This document shows positions 8,503-18,370 of a stretch of DNA of 64,000 nt, piece after piece. The notes under the pieces are model-generated. The model was not told where the DNA came from. It saw only the letters and a program-made list of their open reading frames with translations, and did no database searches. The stretch lies in assembly GCA_016212885.1 (NCBI GenBank), contig JACRDO010000162.1, positions 4,985-68,984 of the forward strand. The letters are read 5' to 3'. Made by a program: the position numbers and the translations under genes. This DNA comes from Elusimicrobiota bacterium. Lineage in GTDB: Bacteria; Elusimicrobiota; Elusimicrobia; UBA1565. The number at the start of each line of letters is the position of its first letter. Position 1 is the first letter of the stretch.

Positions 8503-10269
8503 TCAAAACCGGGGGCATCCCCTGCAGGCCTCGGGCGGGTCCGCTCCGAGCATGCGGCTGCGATGCTCGGTCATGGTCTGAGCGTTCCAGATCTCCGCGA
8601 AGGGTCGCCTCAGGAGGTTCCCGATCGGGACATTCGGCTGGCAATCGCAGAGAGTCACATCGCCGCGCACGCCGATCGGGACCGTCTGCCAAGGGGAGAA
8701 GCACCAGGCGTGCCGGCTCGAGCGGCTGTAGAGCTGGCTCGGCGGCAGGAGCAGGAATTCATCGTAGCGCTTCCAGAGGCCGAACTCCTCGATCCCGCGC
8801 ACGGACAGCACGGGCATGCCCGCCCGGAACGCTCTCGAGATTCCGCGGCGGATCGCGGCGGAAACGCGCCTGTTATGGTTGCGCCACAACGTTTTCGGCT
8901 CATTGGCCGCGAAATTGAGGTCCGTCAGCATCAGCCCCTGCACGCCGAGCCCGGCGATCAAATCGAGCAACTCTTCGAAATACGGCACGGTCGCCGCGGA
9001 CACCGCGGAGAACACCGCGGTGGATATCGGGCGCGAGCCTCGCGACGCTGAGACGAAGGCTTTGATGTTCTTGATCACCCGCTCCAGGTCGGTGCCCGGC
9101 CGAACCTCCGACGCGCTGCGCGGGTCCGGCGCGTCGATGCTGAAGGTAATGGACTCCAGGCCGGCCTGCAGGAGTCCGCGCGCCAGGGACGGCTCCAAGA
9201 GCATGGCATTGGTCACGAGCGATGTCCTGCGTCCCTGCGCCGCAGCCGCGGCCACCAGATCCACGACCTGCGGATGCAGGAGCGGTTCGCCCAGGCCCAC
9301 CAGCGTTATACGGTACGCATGCGGCAACAGGCCTAGGACCCTGCCGAACGTCTCACGGTCCATGTCCACGCCCTCCGGCCCGGCCGCGAGAGTGCGCGCG
9401 CAGTAGGCGCAGCGGAGATTGCAGCGGGTCGTGATCTCGACATTGGCGAAGACCGGTTCGTTATCCGCGACGGGCGTCAATCCCGGCCGCATGCCGGCGG
9501 CCCTCTGCGCGCTCGGACAGCGCGCCATGTGCCGGCAAGACGACGGAGAAAGCGTCAGGAACCGCGCCGCGTCGGGCTCGACCGCGGCGAGAGCCCCCAG
9601 GGCGCGTTCTTCATCGGGCGTCTGCGCGTGCACTGCGTCCGCAACGGCGCGAATGACCAGGTCCACGGCCAACGCATGGTTCTCCCCCCGGAACAGATCG
9701 TGTCCGGCGGACGGGACGATCGCAGCGCGTCCAGGCCGCTCGAACCCGTCCCGAGCCCAGGCGAAAGCCTCTTCGCTCGGGACCAGGTCGTCGTCAGCGC
9801 CGTGCAGGACGACGACGGGGAACTTCCCCGCGGCGCGTCGGGAGCCTACGGCGTTGATCAGCGAGACCATCTGCGCGACGGAGAGGAAGGAGATGCCGCT
9901 TCTCTTGGGCCGGTGCCTGGCCCAGCGTTCGAGGTGCGAGGGACCGATCGTCTTCGGCACGGACGCGAGGATCAACAGGGCGGGCTTGAAGGCCGAGTCC
10001 GCGAGCGCCTCGAGCGCCAGGATGCCGCCCGTGGAATGCCCCAGGAGGACGAGGGCGCGTCCTTCCCGCCGGTATCCCTCGACGGCATCGGCGATCGCCT
10101 TGATGAAGCCGGCCTGATCGAAGGACGGGGTCTGGCCGCCGCCGTGGCCTGGCAGACGGAGCCGGGTGACCGAATCATCCCCGTGGACCGCCGCCAACTT
10201 CCGCGACAGCGGCAAGAGGTCGTCGGGCGAGCCCGAGAAGCCGTGCACCAGGACGATGCCGGCGGACAT
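8503..10269 (-). CDS. Fusion: alpha/beta hydrolase + radical SAM with SPASM/Twitch domain
   Basis: HGF, GHSTG, HGADDDLV, AGH (Ser-Asp-His triad); CNLRCAYC, GLGEPLL; CFSPW...CDC...IGNL...IWN...CRGC. Confidence 0.88.
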   Translation of the reverse strand: MSAGIVLVHGFSGSPDDLLPLSRKLAAVHGDDSVTRLRLPGHGGGQTPSFDQAGFIKAIADAVEGYRREGRALVLLGHSTGGILALEALADSAFKPALLILASVPKTIGPSHLERWARHRPKRSGISFLSVAQMVSLINAVGSRRAAGKFPVVVLHGADDDLVPSEEAFAWARDGFERPGRAAIVPSAGHDLFRGENHALAVDLVIRAVADAVHAQTPDEERALGALAAVEPDAARFLTLSPSSCRHMARCPSAQRAAGMRPGLTPVADNEPVFANVEITTRCNLRCAYCARTLAAGPEGVDMDRETFGRVLGLLPHAYRITLVGLGEPLLHPQVVDLVAAAAAQGRRTSLVTNAMLLEPSLARGLLQAGLESITFSIDAPDPRSASEVRPGTDLERVIKNIKAFVSASRGSRPISTAVFSAVSAATVPYFEELLDLIAGLGVQGLMLTDLNFAANEPKTLWRNHNRRVSAAIRRGISRAFRAGMPVLSVRGIEEFGLWKRYDEFLLLPPSQLYSRSSRHAWCFSPWQTVPIGVRGDVTLCDCQPNVPIGNLLRRPFAEIWNAQTMTEHRSRMLGADPPEACRGCPRF

Positions 10270-10270
10270 G

Positions 10271-11506
10271 TCAGCGCGCCTCCAATAGGCCGGCGATCGT
10301 CTCCGCCCCCCGGTATCGCCGGATGGTCCTGCCGATCTCCGCCAGGCGGGTCTTGATCGAGGGATCCCGCACGATGCGGGATATCTTCGACCCTATCTCC
10401 TCGTCGCTCATGCGGTCGAGGGCTTTGGCGTAGACGCCCGGATGGCCTTGGAAGAGCTGAGACGCGATCAGGCGCGCTCCGCAGCCCAGACGTTCCAGAC
10501 AGACGCCGTTGTGCGCCTGTTCCGGCTGGAAAGGCATCACGACCACGGGGACCTCGTACTGCAGGGCTTCGAACACGGTCATCTGCCCGCCGTGCGTGAC
10601 CAGCACGGATGCGCTTGGCCATATCGCCGGGAGCGGCGCGAACGAATAGGCGATGACCCGCGGATCGTCCGGCATGACGGCGAGGAATTCCTTCTGTCCG
10701 CCCGCGGCCAGCGCCACACGGTACCCCCGGTCGACCAGGACCTTGATGATCCTCCTTATGGAAGGCAGGCATTTCGTACAAGTGCCGAACGCCGCGACCG
10801 CGAGCGGGCGGCCGCCATCGAGCCGGGCTTGTGGGTCGAACGCGTCATAGGGCCAGCGGTTCCAGGCGATCGGTCCCACATGGAAGAGGTCCGGTCTTCG
10901 CGGCAGGGGCGCGAACTCCGGGAAATCCCACAGGAACGTCCGCTCTCCCTTGAGCATGTGCCGGATATCGCCGCGGCTGCTCGGCAGGCCGCAGGCCGCG
11001 GCCGCATCCCCGACCTTGGCCCCCGCGTAGCGGTAAAAGCCTTCGAGATCGGCCCGCTGCGCCTCCCGGCCGGGATCGCCGGCGTCGTATCCCAGGACCT
11101 CCTCGGAATCGGGCGTCATGCACCCGCAGATGAGGGAATCATAGGGGATCCCGGCGATCCGAGCCGAAGCCTTGAGCGTGAAGCGGAACACCCCGAGAAC
11201 GCGGTCCGGCCGGTGCGCCCTCAGCAGATCGACTTCCGCCCGGATGCAGTCAATTATCGTCCGGGGCCGCCGGAACCACTCCACGGACGGGAACACGGAT
11301 TCGTCGGACTCCTGGATGTCGGGCAGGATCAGATGTTCGATGGCGAGCTGGCGGAGGAAGAGCGAATGATTGCTGCCGACGGCGACCTGCGCCTCCTGGC
11401 CTCGCTTTGCGAGCGCTTCGCCGACCGCCAGGCATTTGACGACGTGCGAGAGCGAGTTGTTGCCGGGGATCAACAGATATCTCTTGCGGACGGCCGATCC
11501 CATCAT
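10271..11506 (-). CDS. GT-B fold glycosyltransferase (GT1/GT28 C-terminal-like)
   Basis: SHV..CLAVGEAL; VTHGGQMTVFEAL..VPVVVMP..PEQ..N nucleotide-sugar-binding motif. Confidence 0.85.
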   Translation of the reverse strand: MMGSAVRKRYLLIPGNNSLSHVVKCLAVGEALAKRGQEAQVAVGSNHSLFLRQLAIEHLILPDIQESDESVFPSVEWFRRPRTIIDCIRAEVDLLRAHRPDRVLGVFRFTLKASARIAGIPYDSLICGCMTPDSEEVLGYDAGDPGREAQRADLEGFYRYAGAKVGDAAAACGLPSSRGDIRHMLKGERTFLWDFPEFAPLPRRPDLFHVGPIAWNRWPYDAFDPQARLDGGRPLAVAAFGTCTKCLPSIRRIIKVLVDRGYRVALAAGGQKEFLAVMPDDPRVIAYSFAPLPAIWPSASVLVTHGGQMTVFEALQYEVPVVVMPFQPEQAHNGVCLERLGCGARLIASQLFQGHPGVYAKALDRMSDEEIGSKISRIVRDPSIKTRLAEIGRTIRRYRGAETIAGLLEAR

Positions 11507-12076
11507 CTATTCCCCCTCCTCGCTTTCCTGCAGAGTGTGGATCTTCATGCGGTACCCCAAGCCGAGGTGCTCGAACTCCAGGTCGCTATGGAGCCGGTCC
11601 GCGCCGCCGTAGCGGATGCGCACCACCGCCTCTCCGTCCTTGAGCAGGGTCCGTTCGGAGCCCGTGTCCTGAAGATTCCAGGCCGGACCTGGGAGCGCGG
11701 CTTGGACCGCGGCGGCCGGCCAGGAGGCGAGCTGGACGTCGCGCAGGATGAGCTTCAGCGCAAGCCCCTTGGGGATGGAGCGGTCCCGCTCTTCGATGAG
11801 CTTCTCGCCGTCCCATCTCAGGGAGAGCATGCGGGTGCCGAAGGGACTCAATCCGACCAGCACCACCTCGGTCGTGGAAACCTCCACGAGGGCGGTGCTG
11901 TCGAAACGCGTCGTTCCTCTCTCGAAGGACACCTCCTGGGTCATGCTCGCCTCGAAGCCGGCTTCGGACGGCGCAAGGAGGAAGAGCCCGGGGTCGAGCC
12001 GGCGCCTGGCGGTCGCGTCGCAGCCGGGCAGAAGCAGCGCCAAGCCGAGCAGAACGAAGGCGTTGTTCCCTTTCAT
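11507..12076 (-). CDS. DUF3261-like lipoprotein (ApeN-like)
   Basis: Start at MKGNNAFVLLGLALLLPGC (lipobox); GLSPFGTR.LSL.WDG, ILRDVQLA.WP; ATGA overlap with the MMPL gene. Confidence 0.8.
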   Translation of the reverse strand: MKGNNAFVLLGLALLLPGCDATARRRLDPGLFLLAPSEAGFEASMTQEVSFERGTTRFDSTALVEVSTTEVVLVGLSPFGTRMLSLRWDGEKLIEERDRSIPKGLALKLILRDVQLASWPAAAVQAALPGPAWNLQDTGSERTLLKDGEAVVRIRYGGADRLHSDLEFEHLGLGYRMKIHTLQESEEGE

Positions 12077-14418
12077 GAAGTCTCGTTCCCCCGGAAGCAC
12101 GGCCCCAGCAGCCACGACAAACCGATGCCCAGGAGCATGCTGAGGCCGAATGTGTGCAGAGCCGGGGTCCGGCTGAGCGCCAGCAGCCCGAAGGACAGCA
12201 GCGTGGTCATGGCGGCCAGCGAGGAACTCAGCAGGGCGACCCGGTGGTCGCCGGCGCGGCGGTCCTGGAGGAATATCCCATAATCGATCCCCGTGCTCAG
12301 AACGAGGGCCAGCCCCAGGATGCAGAACAGGTTCGAGTTCTGCCCGGTCAGGCCGAAAATGCCGAGCGTATAGAGCGACGCGAGCATCGTGGGGGCGACC
12401 ACCCTCCATGTCCGGCGCCGGTACGTCGCGAAGAGGCAGGCGGCCACCAGCAGATGGCCCAGGACCAGAAGCCGGCCGATGCCGATGCGCAAGCCCCGCA
12501 TCATCTTCGAAAGGTCGAAGAGGTGGTCCACGAAGACCGTCCCCGGCTGGCGCCCCGCCAGTTCCTTGAGCGCCTCTACGGACCGCGGCCCGCCGACACC
12601 GCTGAGAGTGACCGCCGCAGACCAGCCCTCCGCGGTCCGCCCCATCCACAGCGAACGGAAAGGCTCCGACAGCGGCGAATCCAGCCATGTCCGGGGCGTC
12701 AGGGGCGCTGGCGGCGGAACCTCGGCCTGGCGGCGGGCCAGCAGGGCCGCCTCGGGCGAACCCAGGCCGCCGAACAGCTTGGACGCCAAGGCGCCGTCCC
12801 GGTATATCCGCCGCCACATCAGCGCGCGATCGGCTTCCTGCCGTCGCAGCGAAGGCACGAACTGCGAGACGGACTGGAAGTCCGCGATATGCCCTTGCCG
12901 CCGGGCCGCCTCGAGGCCCTCGGCCAAGGTCTCCGAGCGCTCGAGCAGGGTCTGCTCGTCGGGCGCGCTCAGCAGGAAGAATTGGCCGGCCCCCGGCAGG
13001 CGCATGAGCCTTTCCACGCGTTCCTGTTCGCGCATCAGCTCCGAGGAAGGGATGAAGAGCCGGCGCACATCGTCGTCCGGGCGCAGCCGGGTCATGCCCC
13101 AGAAGGACAGGCCCAGCAGCCCCGCGATCGCCGCCATCATGCCCCAGCCGCGGTCCAGGCTCGGCCAACGGGCATGCGCCCGCTCGAGAAAACCGGGCAG
13201 GGGTCCTAGATGGACATCGGGCATGCGGCGGCTGAGCCCGGGCAGCCAAGCCGCGACGCTCAGCCACGCGCCGCCCAGGCCCAGGATGCTGAAGACAGCC
13301 ATCTCCCTGAGGATGGGGAACGGCAGGGCCGCCAGTACCGCATAGCCGACCAGGCTCGTCGTCAGTGCCATCCCCAGCGTCGGCAGGATGCCCTTAATCC
13401 GCGCCCCGGCGTCCCAGACCCGGGTTGGATCGGCGCAGCCCGATACGTAAAGGATGCCGTAGTCCACGGCCACGCCGATGACGCTCGTTCCGAAGACGAA
13501 AGTCAGAAGATGCAGACGTTCGAAGAACATCCGGCTCAGGCCCATGGCGAGGAGACAGCCGACGCCGATGGGAAGCATGACGAGGGCCAGGGGCTTGAAG
13601 GAGCCGAACGTCAGGAGCATCAGGAGGACGATCCCGAGCAGCGAGCCCACGGCGATTGTGGACATCTCACGCTGGGCCTGCCGGGAGGCTCGGGCGCTGT
13701 GCAGGACGAATCCGGCGCGCAGGACATCCTCGGCGCCCGCCTGCTTCGCCGCGCGCACGGCGGCGTCGAGCGCGTTCGAGAGAGCCTGCTGCTCGGCGAT
13801 GGAGGCTGGATGGCCGGACAGCTCCACGAACACGACCACCCATGCGCCGCCCCCCTCCGGGATCGTGAGCCGGTCTCCGGTTGCGCTCAGGGAGCTCCGG
13901 GACGCCGCTTCCAGCAGGTTCTCGGTGAACAAGCCGAAGGGATCGGATTCCAGCGGGGCCAGGCGCGGCGGCCCGATCGGGCTGTAGAGGCTCTGCGTGG
14001 CGCGTGAGAGCAGGGCCGAATCGGGCTCCTGGCGCAGACGCTCGCGCTGGGCCGGGGTGAGCAGGCGGTAGCGCCAAGGGAGATAGAAATCCCGGGCCGC
14101 GCCGAAGACGTCAGCCTCCAGCCGGGACATGACGTGCGCGATGCCGGCCCGGCCCTTGAGCGCGTCGGAACAGGCATCCGCGGCCCGGCCGGCCGCCTCT
14201 ATGTCCCGGTGCCGCAGCAGCACCACAACACGGCGGGACCCGGCCTCGGCCATGCGCCCGACCGCCTGACTCACCAGCGGGCGCCGGCTGTCGGTGGGCA
14301 GCAGGGCCATGAGGTCCGTCTCATAGCCCGTGCCGCGGGCGCGACTCCAAAGCAGGAGCCCCCCGGCCAGGGCGGTCAAGGCCGCGAGGATGAAGGGGAG
14401 TATCCGCGGCCTATTCAA
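12073..14418 (-). CDS. MMPL/RND-family lipid exporter (ApeM-like)
   Basis: Two repeats of TM1 + soluble domain + TM bundle; GVAVDYG and GIDYG motifs; ETDLMALLP. Confidence 0.9.
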   Translation of the reverse strand: MNRPRILPFILAALTALAGGLLLWSRARGTGYETDLMALLPTDSRRPLVSQAVGRMAEAGSRRVVVLLRHRDIEAAGRAADACSDALKGRAGIAHVMSRLEADVFGAARDFYLPWRYRLLTPAQRERLRQEPDSALLSRATQSLYSPIGPPRLAPLESDPFGLFTENLLEAASRSSLSATGDRLTIPEGGGAWVVVFVELSGHPASIAEQQALSNALDAAVRAAKQAGAEDVLRAGFVLHSARASRQAQREMSTIAVGSLLGIVLLMLLTFGSFKPLALVMLPIGVGCLLAMGLSRMFFERLHLLTFVFGTSVIGVAVDYGILYVSGCADPTRVWDAGARIKGILPTLGMALTTSLVGYAVLAALPFPILREMAVFSILGLGGAWLSVAAWLPGLSRRMPDVHLGPLPGFLERAHARWPSLDRGWGMMAAIAGLLGLSFWGMTRLRPDDDVRRLFIPSSELMREQERVERLMRLPGAGQFFLLSAPDEQTLLERSETLAEGLEAARRQGHIADFQSVSQFVPSLRRQEADRALMWRRIYRDGALASKLFGGLGSPEAALLARRQAEVPPPAPLTPRTWLDSPLSEPFRSLWMGRTAEGWSAAVTLSGVGGPRSVEALKELAGRQPGTVFVDHLFDLSKMMRGLRIGIGRLLVLGHLLVAACLFATYRRRTWRVVAPTMLASLYTLGIFGLTGQNSNLFCILGLALVLSTGIDYGIFLQDRRAGDHRVALLSSSLAAMTTLLSFGLLALSRTPALHTFGLSMLLGIGLSWLLGPCFRGNETS

Positions 14419-15010
14419 AAGACGCGCTCTCGGCTCCGCTCAACTCCGCGCCCAGCTTCACGTCGCTGAAATCGATCACGGTGCGGTCGCCGTTGGCTTC
14501 CGATATCTCGATCTTTTCCAGGGTCTTGCCGCCCTGCAGGCGGATCTGGGCGACGACCTTGGCCACCAGGGCCTCCTTGGGCTTCAGCTCGGCCTTCCAG
14601 CGGCCCTCGACCAGCGGCGGCCCCGTGATGTCGAAATGCCGCTTGAGCTCGCCCACGTCCGCGGAGAAGACCGCGAAGAGGACCTTGCTGATCAACCGGA
14701 GAGCCGGCTGGTCCTCGGCCCGCATCCGGAAGCCCACTTTGCCGTCCTTGATCTGCGCGACCTCGACGGCAGTGATCTTTATGGCGCTGAGCGCCGGCTT
14801 GAGCGTGCGCCAGAGCGCGCCCTTGTCCTTCGCCAGCACGAAATCGCCCGAGGAACGCAGGGGCCTCTTGATGATTTTGATGGTTTTGACCTGTTGGAAG
14901 CGTCCCCGCAGGACGGTGAAGGGGGTCAACTGCTTCTGGATGTCCTCGACGATGCCTGGATGCGCCGTCGCGGGAAGAATGACCAGCAGGATTGCGAGCA
15001 GGGCCTTCAT
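14411..15010 (-). CDS. LolA-like periplasmic lipid carrier (ApeL-like)
   Basis: Signal peptide; RGRFQQ.K......PL.SSGDF.....GALW; E.NGDRT.I.F. Confidence 0.85.
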   Translation of the reverse strand: MKALLAILLVILPATAHPGIVEDIQKQLTPFTVLRGRFQQVKTIKIIKRPLRSSGDFVLAKDKGALWRTLKPALSAIKITAVEVAQIKDGKVGFRMRAEDQPALRLISKVLFAVFSADVGELKRHFDITGPPLVEGRWKAELKPKEALVAKVVAQIRLQGGKTLEKIEISEANGDRTVIDFSDVKLGAELSGAESASFE

Positions 15011-15145
15011 GGTTCATGATGTTACACAACCGTTCTTCTGCCGTCAAACCCTGCCTTGCCCCCGGCAGGCTATCTCTTAATGACCCATTTTGTTAAACTA
15101 AAAACTCGTCCGTCAACGACGAGCCAAACATCCGCGCGATCCGGC

Positions 15146-17767
15146 ATGAAGATCAAGCTCATCTATCCGAAGTGGCCGAAACTGGCGCGGCAGACGGAGT
15201 TTCATCTGCCGCCGCACGGCCCGGTCTGCTTCGCAGCCACCGTGCCCGCCGAAGACGAACTCGTCTTCACCGATGAGAACCTGGAGGCCATCGACTTCGA
15301 CGACCAGGCCGACCTCATAGCCATCTCCTGCCTGCTGACCTGCCAGATGCCGCGGGGTTGGGAGATCGCGGACCGCTTCCGCGCGCAGGGCGTCCCCGTC
15401 ATCTTCGGCGGCATCGGGACCATGCTGCATGCCGCGCAGACCCTGCAGCATGCGGATTCGGTCTTCCTGGGAGAGACCGAAGGCCGCTTCGGAGAGGTCA
15501 TCGCAGACATGAAGCGCAAGAGCCTCAAGAAGGCGTATGACTTCCAGCACGATTTTCCCGACATAAGGATGGTGGGGCCGGCGCGGCGGGACATACTCAA
15601 CCGGAAGCTGTACAACTACCGCGGCGTGCAGATGGTCGACCTCCTCCACGCCTCGCGCGGCTGCCGGTTCGACTGCTACCCCTGCTGCGCGAGATTCCTG
15701 GGCGGCCGCTCATTCAGGCCGCGGCCGATCGACCAGGTGCTCCGGGAAGTCGAATCCATCGACAACAACCGTCTATTCTTCGTGGACAACTCGATGGCCC
15801 AGAACGACCAGTGGGAGAAGAACCTGTTCCAGGCCCTGGCCCCGCTCAAGAAGCATTGGATCTGCCATCCCATCAAGGACGACGACGAGATCCTGGACCT
15901 TGCGGCCCGAGCGGGCTGCTGGTATGTCTACCAGGCGATATTCGACGTCTCCGAGCGCATCCGCAGCCGCGTCAAGCGCCTGAAGGAGCGCGGCATCGGC
16001 GTCGAAGGGACGATCCTGCTCGGCCTTGACGAGCAGGACGAGGACGACATCAAACGGCTCGTCGACTTCCTGCTCGATATCGAGCTGGACCTGGCCGAGT
16101 TCACCGTCCTGACGCCGTTCCCGCACACCCCGGCCCGCGAAGCCCTGGCAAAGGCGGGCCGCATCCTGAGCGACGACTGGCGGCGCTACACCGGCGGGGA
16201 GGTTGTGTTCCAGCCGGCGCGGATGTCCCCGGCGAAGCTCCAGGAGCTCTACCACTACGCCTGGGACGCCTTTTACCCGAACAACAGCCAGAACCTGGCG
16301 ATGGCCAAGCTCTTCATGAAGGTCGTCGGGAAGGAACGGGGCGAGGGGACGTATCGCCGGCCGCAGCTGCTCTCAGCGGGATGGGAGGCGAAGCGCCGCC
16401 GTCGCGCAATGAAGATCCTGCTGATCTCGCCGAACCTGACGCTGTCCCCCTATCCGGTCTACCCCCTCGGCATGGGCATGATCGCCGCGGCCCTGCAGGA
16501 CGCCGGCCACGAGGTCCGGCAGCTCGATCTCCTGCAGCTGGGCCCCGGTCTCGACGCCGTGGCGCGCGAGGTCCGGCGGTTCAAGCCAGGCCTCGTCGGG
16601 CTCTCGGTGCGCAACATCGACAACGTCAACCTCCTGAACGAACAGCACTACATCCGGAACATCCGGGCCGTCGTTGCCAAGGTCCGGGAGGCCACGGACG
16701 CGCGGGTGCTGCTCGGCGGCGCCGGGTTCTCGCTGATGCCGGAGCTCATCCTGCGGGAGGTCGGGGCGGATTACGGCATCGTCGGAGAGGGGGAGGCCCT
16801 GGCGGTCGAGTTCGCGCGCAACGCCCAGGCGGGGACGTTCCCCGCGGAGCCCATCATCCGCTCGGACGGCTGGATCCCCGGCGGCCGGATCGGCCCGGCG
16901 CTCTACGACGAGAGCCTGCTCCCGTTCTACCTGAGCAGGGGCCGCATCGCCTCGGTCCAGACCAAGAGGGGCTGCGCCTCCCGGTGCGTGTACTGCACCT
17001 ATCCCCTGCTCGAAGGCGCGCGCCTGCGCGCGAGGGAGCCCCGGTCCGTCGTGGACGACATCGTGCGCCTGCGCGACCGGCACCAGGCGAAGCACATCTT
17101 CTTCGTGGACTCGGTCTTCAACGACGACGAAAAGACCTATCTCGCAGTCGTCGCGGAGATGGAGCGCCGAGGCGTCTGCATGCCCTGGACCGGCTTCTTT
17201 AAGCCTGGCGGCCTCGACGATGAGACCGTCGCGCGCATGAAGCGCACGGGCTTCGCGGCGGCCGAGATCGGCGCGGACGCCGCGTGCGACACGACGCTCC
17301 TCAGGCTCGGGAAGGATTTCACATTCCGCGAGGTCAGGGAATGCAACGACCTCCTCGCGCGCCACGGGGTCGCTGCGGCCCACTACTTCATGTTCGGAGG
17401 CCCCGGCGAGACGCCGGAAACCGTGCGGGAGGGCATACGGAACGTCCTGGGGCTCAAAGACTGCGTGGCCGTCATCTTCATGGGAATCCGCATCCTGCCC
17501 GATACGCCGCTGGCTCGGCTCGCGGTCAAGGAGGGCGTCATCGCTCCCGGCCAGGGGCTCCTGGACCCGGCCTACTATGTATCCCCGGGCGTAGACCGGG
17601 AATGGCTCGAGCGCGCTTTGACCGAGGCCTTCGCAGGGGTGCGCCGCTGCGTATTCCCCCCCGACTCCCTGGACGGCCATGTCATGGCCTTCCACAAGAT
17701 GGGCTACACGGGCCCCCTGTGGGAGATGCTCCTCCCCCGCAGAAGTCTTAGAAGAAGAAGACCTTGA
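15146..17767 (+). CDS. Tandem double B12-binding radical SAM protein (two modules in one frame)
   Basis: Module 1 MKIKLIYPKW...SRGCRFDCYPC. Module 2 from 16409, MKILLISPN..PYPVYPLG...KRGCASRCVYC. No stop between them. Confidence 0.85.
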   Translation: MKIKLIYPKWPKLARQTEFHLPPHGPVCFAATVPAEDELVFTDENLEAIDFDDQADLIAISCLLTCQMPRGWEIADRFRAQGVPVIFGGIGTMLHAAQTLQHADSVFLGETEGRFGEVIADMKRKSLKKAYDFQHDFPDIRMVGPARRDILNRKLYNYRGVQMVDLLHASRGCRFDCYPCCARFLGGRSFRPRPIDQVLREVESIDNNRLFFVDNSMAQNDQWEKNLFQALAPLKKHWICHPIKDDDEILDLAARAGCWYVYQAIFDVSERIRSRVKRLKERGIGVEGTILLGLDEQDEDDIKRLVDFLLDIELDLAEFTVLTPFPHTPAREALAKAGRILSDDWRRYTGGEVVFQPARMSPAKLQELYHYAWDAFYPNNSQNLAMAKLFMKVVGKERGEGTYRRPQLLSAGWEAKRRRRAMKILLISPNLTLSPYPVYPLGMGMIAAALQDAGHEVRQLDLLQLGPGLDAVAREVRRFKPGLVGLSVRNIDNVNLLNEQHYIRNIRAVVAKVREATDARVLLGGAGFSLMPELILREVGADYGIVGEGEALAVEFARNAQAGTFPAEPIIRSDGWIPGGRIGPALYDESLLPFYLSRGRIASVQTKRGCASRCVYCTYPLLEGARLRAREPRSVVDDIVRLRDRHQAKHIFFVDSVFNDDEKTYLAVVAEMERRGVCMPWTGFFKPGGLDDETVARMKRTGFAAAEIGADAACDTTLLRLGKDFTFREVRECNDLLARHGVAAAHYFMFGGPGETPETVREGIRNVLGLKDCVAVIFMGIRILPDTPLARLAVKEGVIAPGQGLLDPAYYVSPGVDREWLERALTEAFAGVRRCVFPPDSLDGHVMAFHKMGYTGPLWEMLLPRRSLRRRRP

Positions 17768-18302
17768 CCTGCGCGAGCAGCGTAACGACGTTGGCGCTAT
17801 AGTCGATGTAGGCGCTCGACATCGCGGTGTGGTCCCACCGCAGTTCCGGGCCGATCGCGATGCGCTCCTTGACGAAGAAGTCCGCCCCGCCGTTGAACCC
17901 GAAGCCGACGATGCCGATGGAATCCGTGCCCGTCATCGTGATGCCTCCGACGGTAAATCCCGTCCCCACGTACGGGACGACCTTCGGGTTCGGGAAGAAG
18001 TGCCATTTCACGAACGGCGCCACTGAGGTGTAGGTCAGGGTAGTGCCGCCGGATTTCATCCCCGTCACGAAGAACGCGGTGCCGACCTCGAGGGGCTGCG
18101 TGATGAAGTACCCGACCCCGCCTCCCAGAAGCGACTGGCTCGATGACCCCCCCTGACTGGGAGATGTCTTCGAGTAGGAGCCCAGGAGGCTGAGTTCCAG
18201 GTTCCCTTTCGATATGAAATCGTCCAAGGCCGACGCCGGGACGAACGGCGCCGTCATCGTGGCCACGAGCAGCAAGAGCCCGACGGTCTTCTTCGTCGTC
18301 AT
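17748..18302 (-). CDS. Outer-membrane beta-barrel protein (OmpA-TM-like)
   Basis: Signal peptide; alternating beta strands, VPYVGTG, GFNGGADFF, C-terminal Phe. Confidence 0.75.
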   Translation of the reverse strand: MTTKKTVGLLLLVATMTAPFVPASALDDFISKGNLELSLLGSYSKTSPSQGGSSSQSLLGGGVGYFITQPLEVGTAFFVTGMKSGGTTLTYTSVAPFVKWHFFPNPKVVPYVGTGFTVGGITMTGTDSIGIVGFGFNGGADFFVKERIAIGPELRWDHTAMSSAYIDYSANVVTLLAQVKVFFF

Positions 18303-18370
18303 TGCACCCTCCTATAATACATTACAATCCTGCGGCGGATATTAGCATATCTGTGCGCAGCTTGGGTCTC

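Noticed and set aside
8503..10269. RiPP maturase interpretation of the SPASM rSAM
   Set aside because: No precursor peptide or RRE/PqqD domain nearby, and the context is lipid and sugar biosynthesis.
11507..13267. 586-aa ORF
   Set aside because: Off-frame overlap with the MMPL gene. The lipoprotein starts at 12076.
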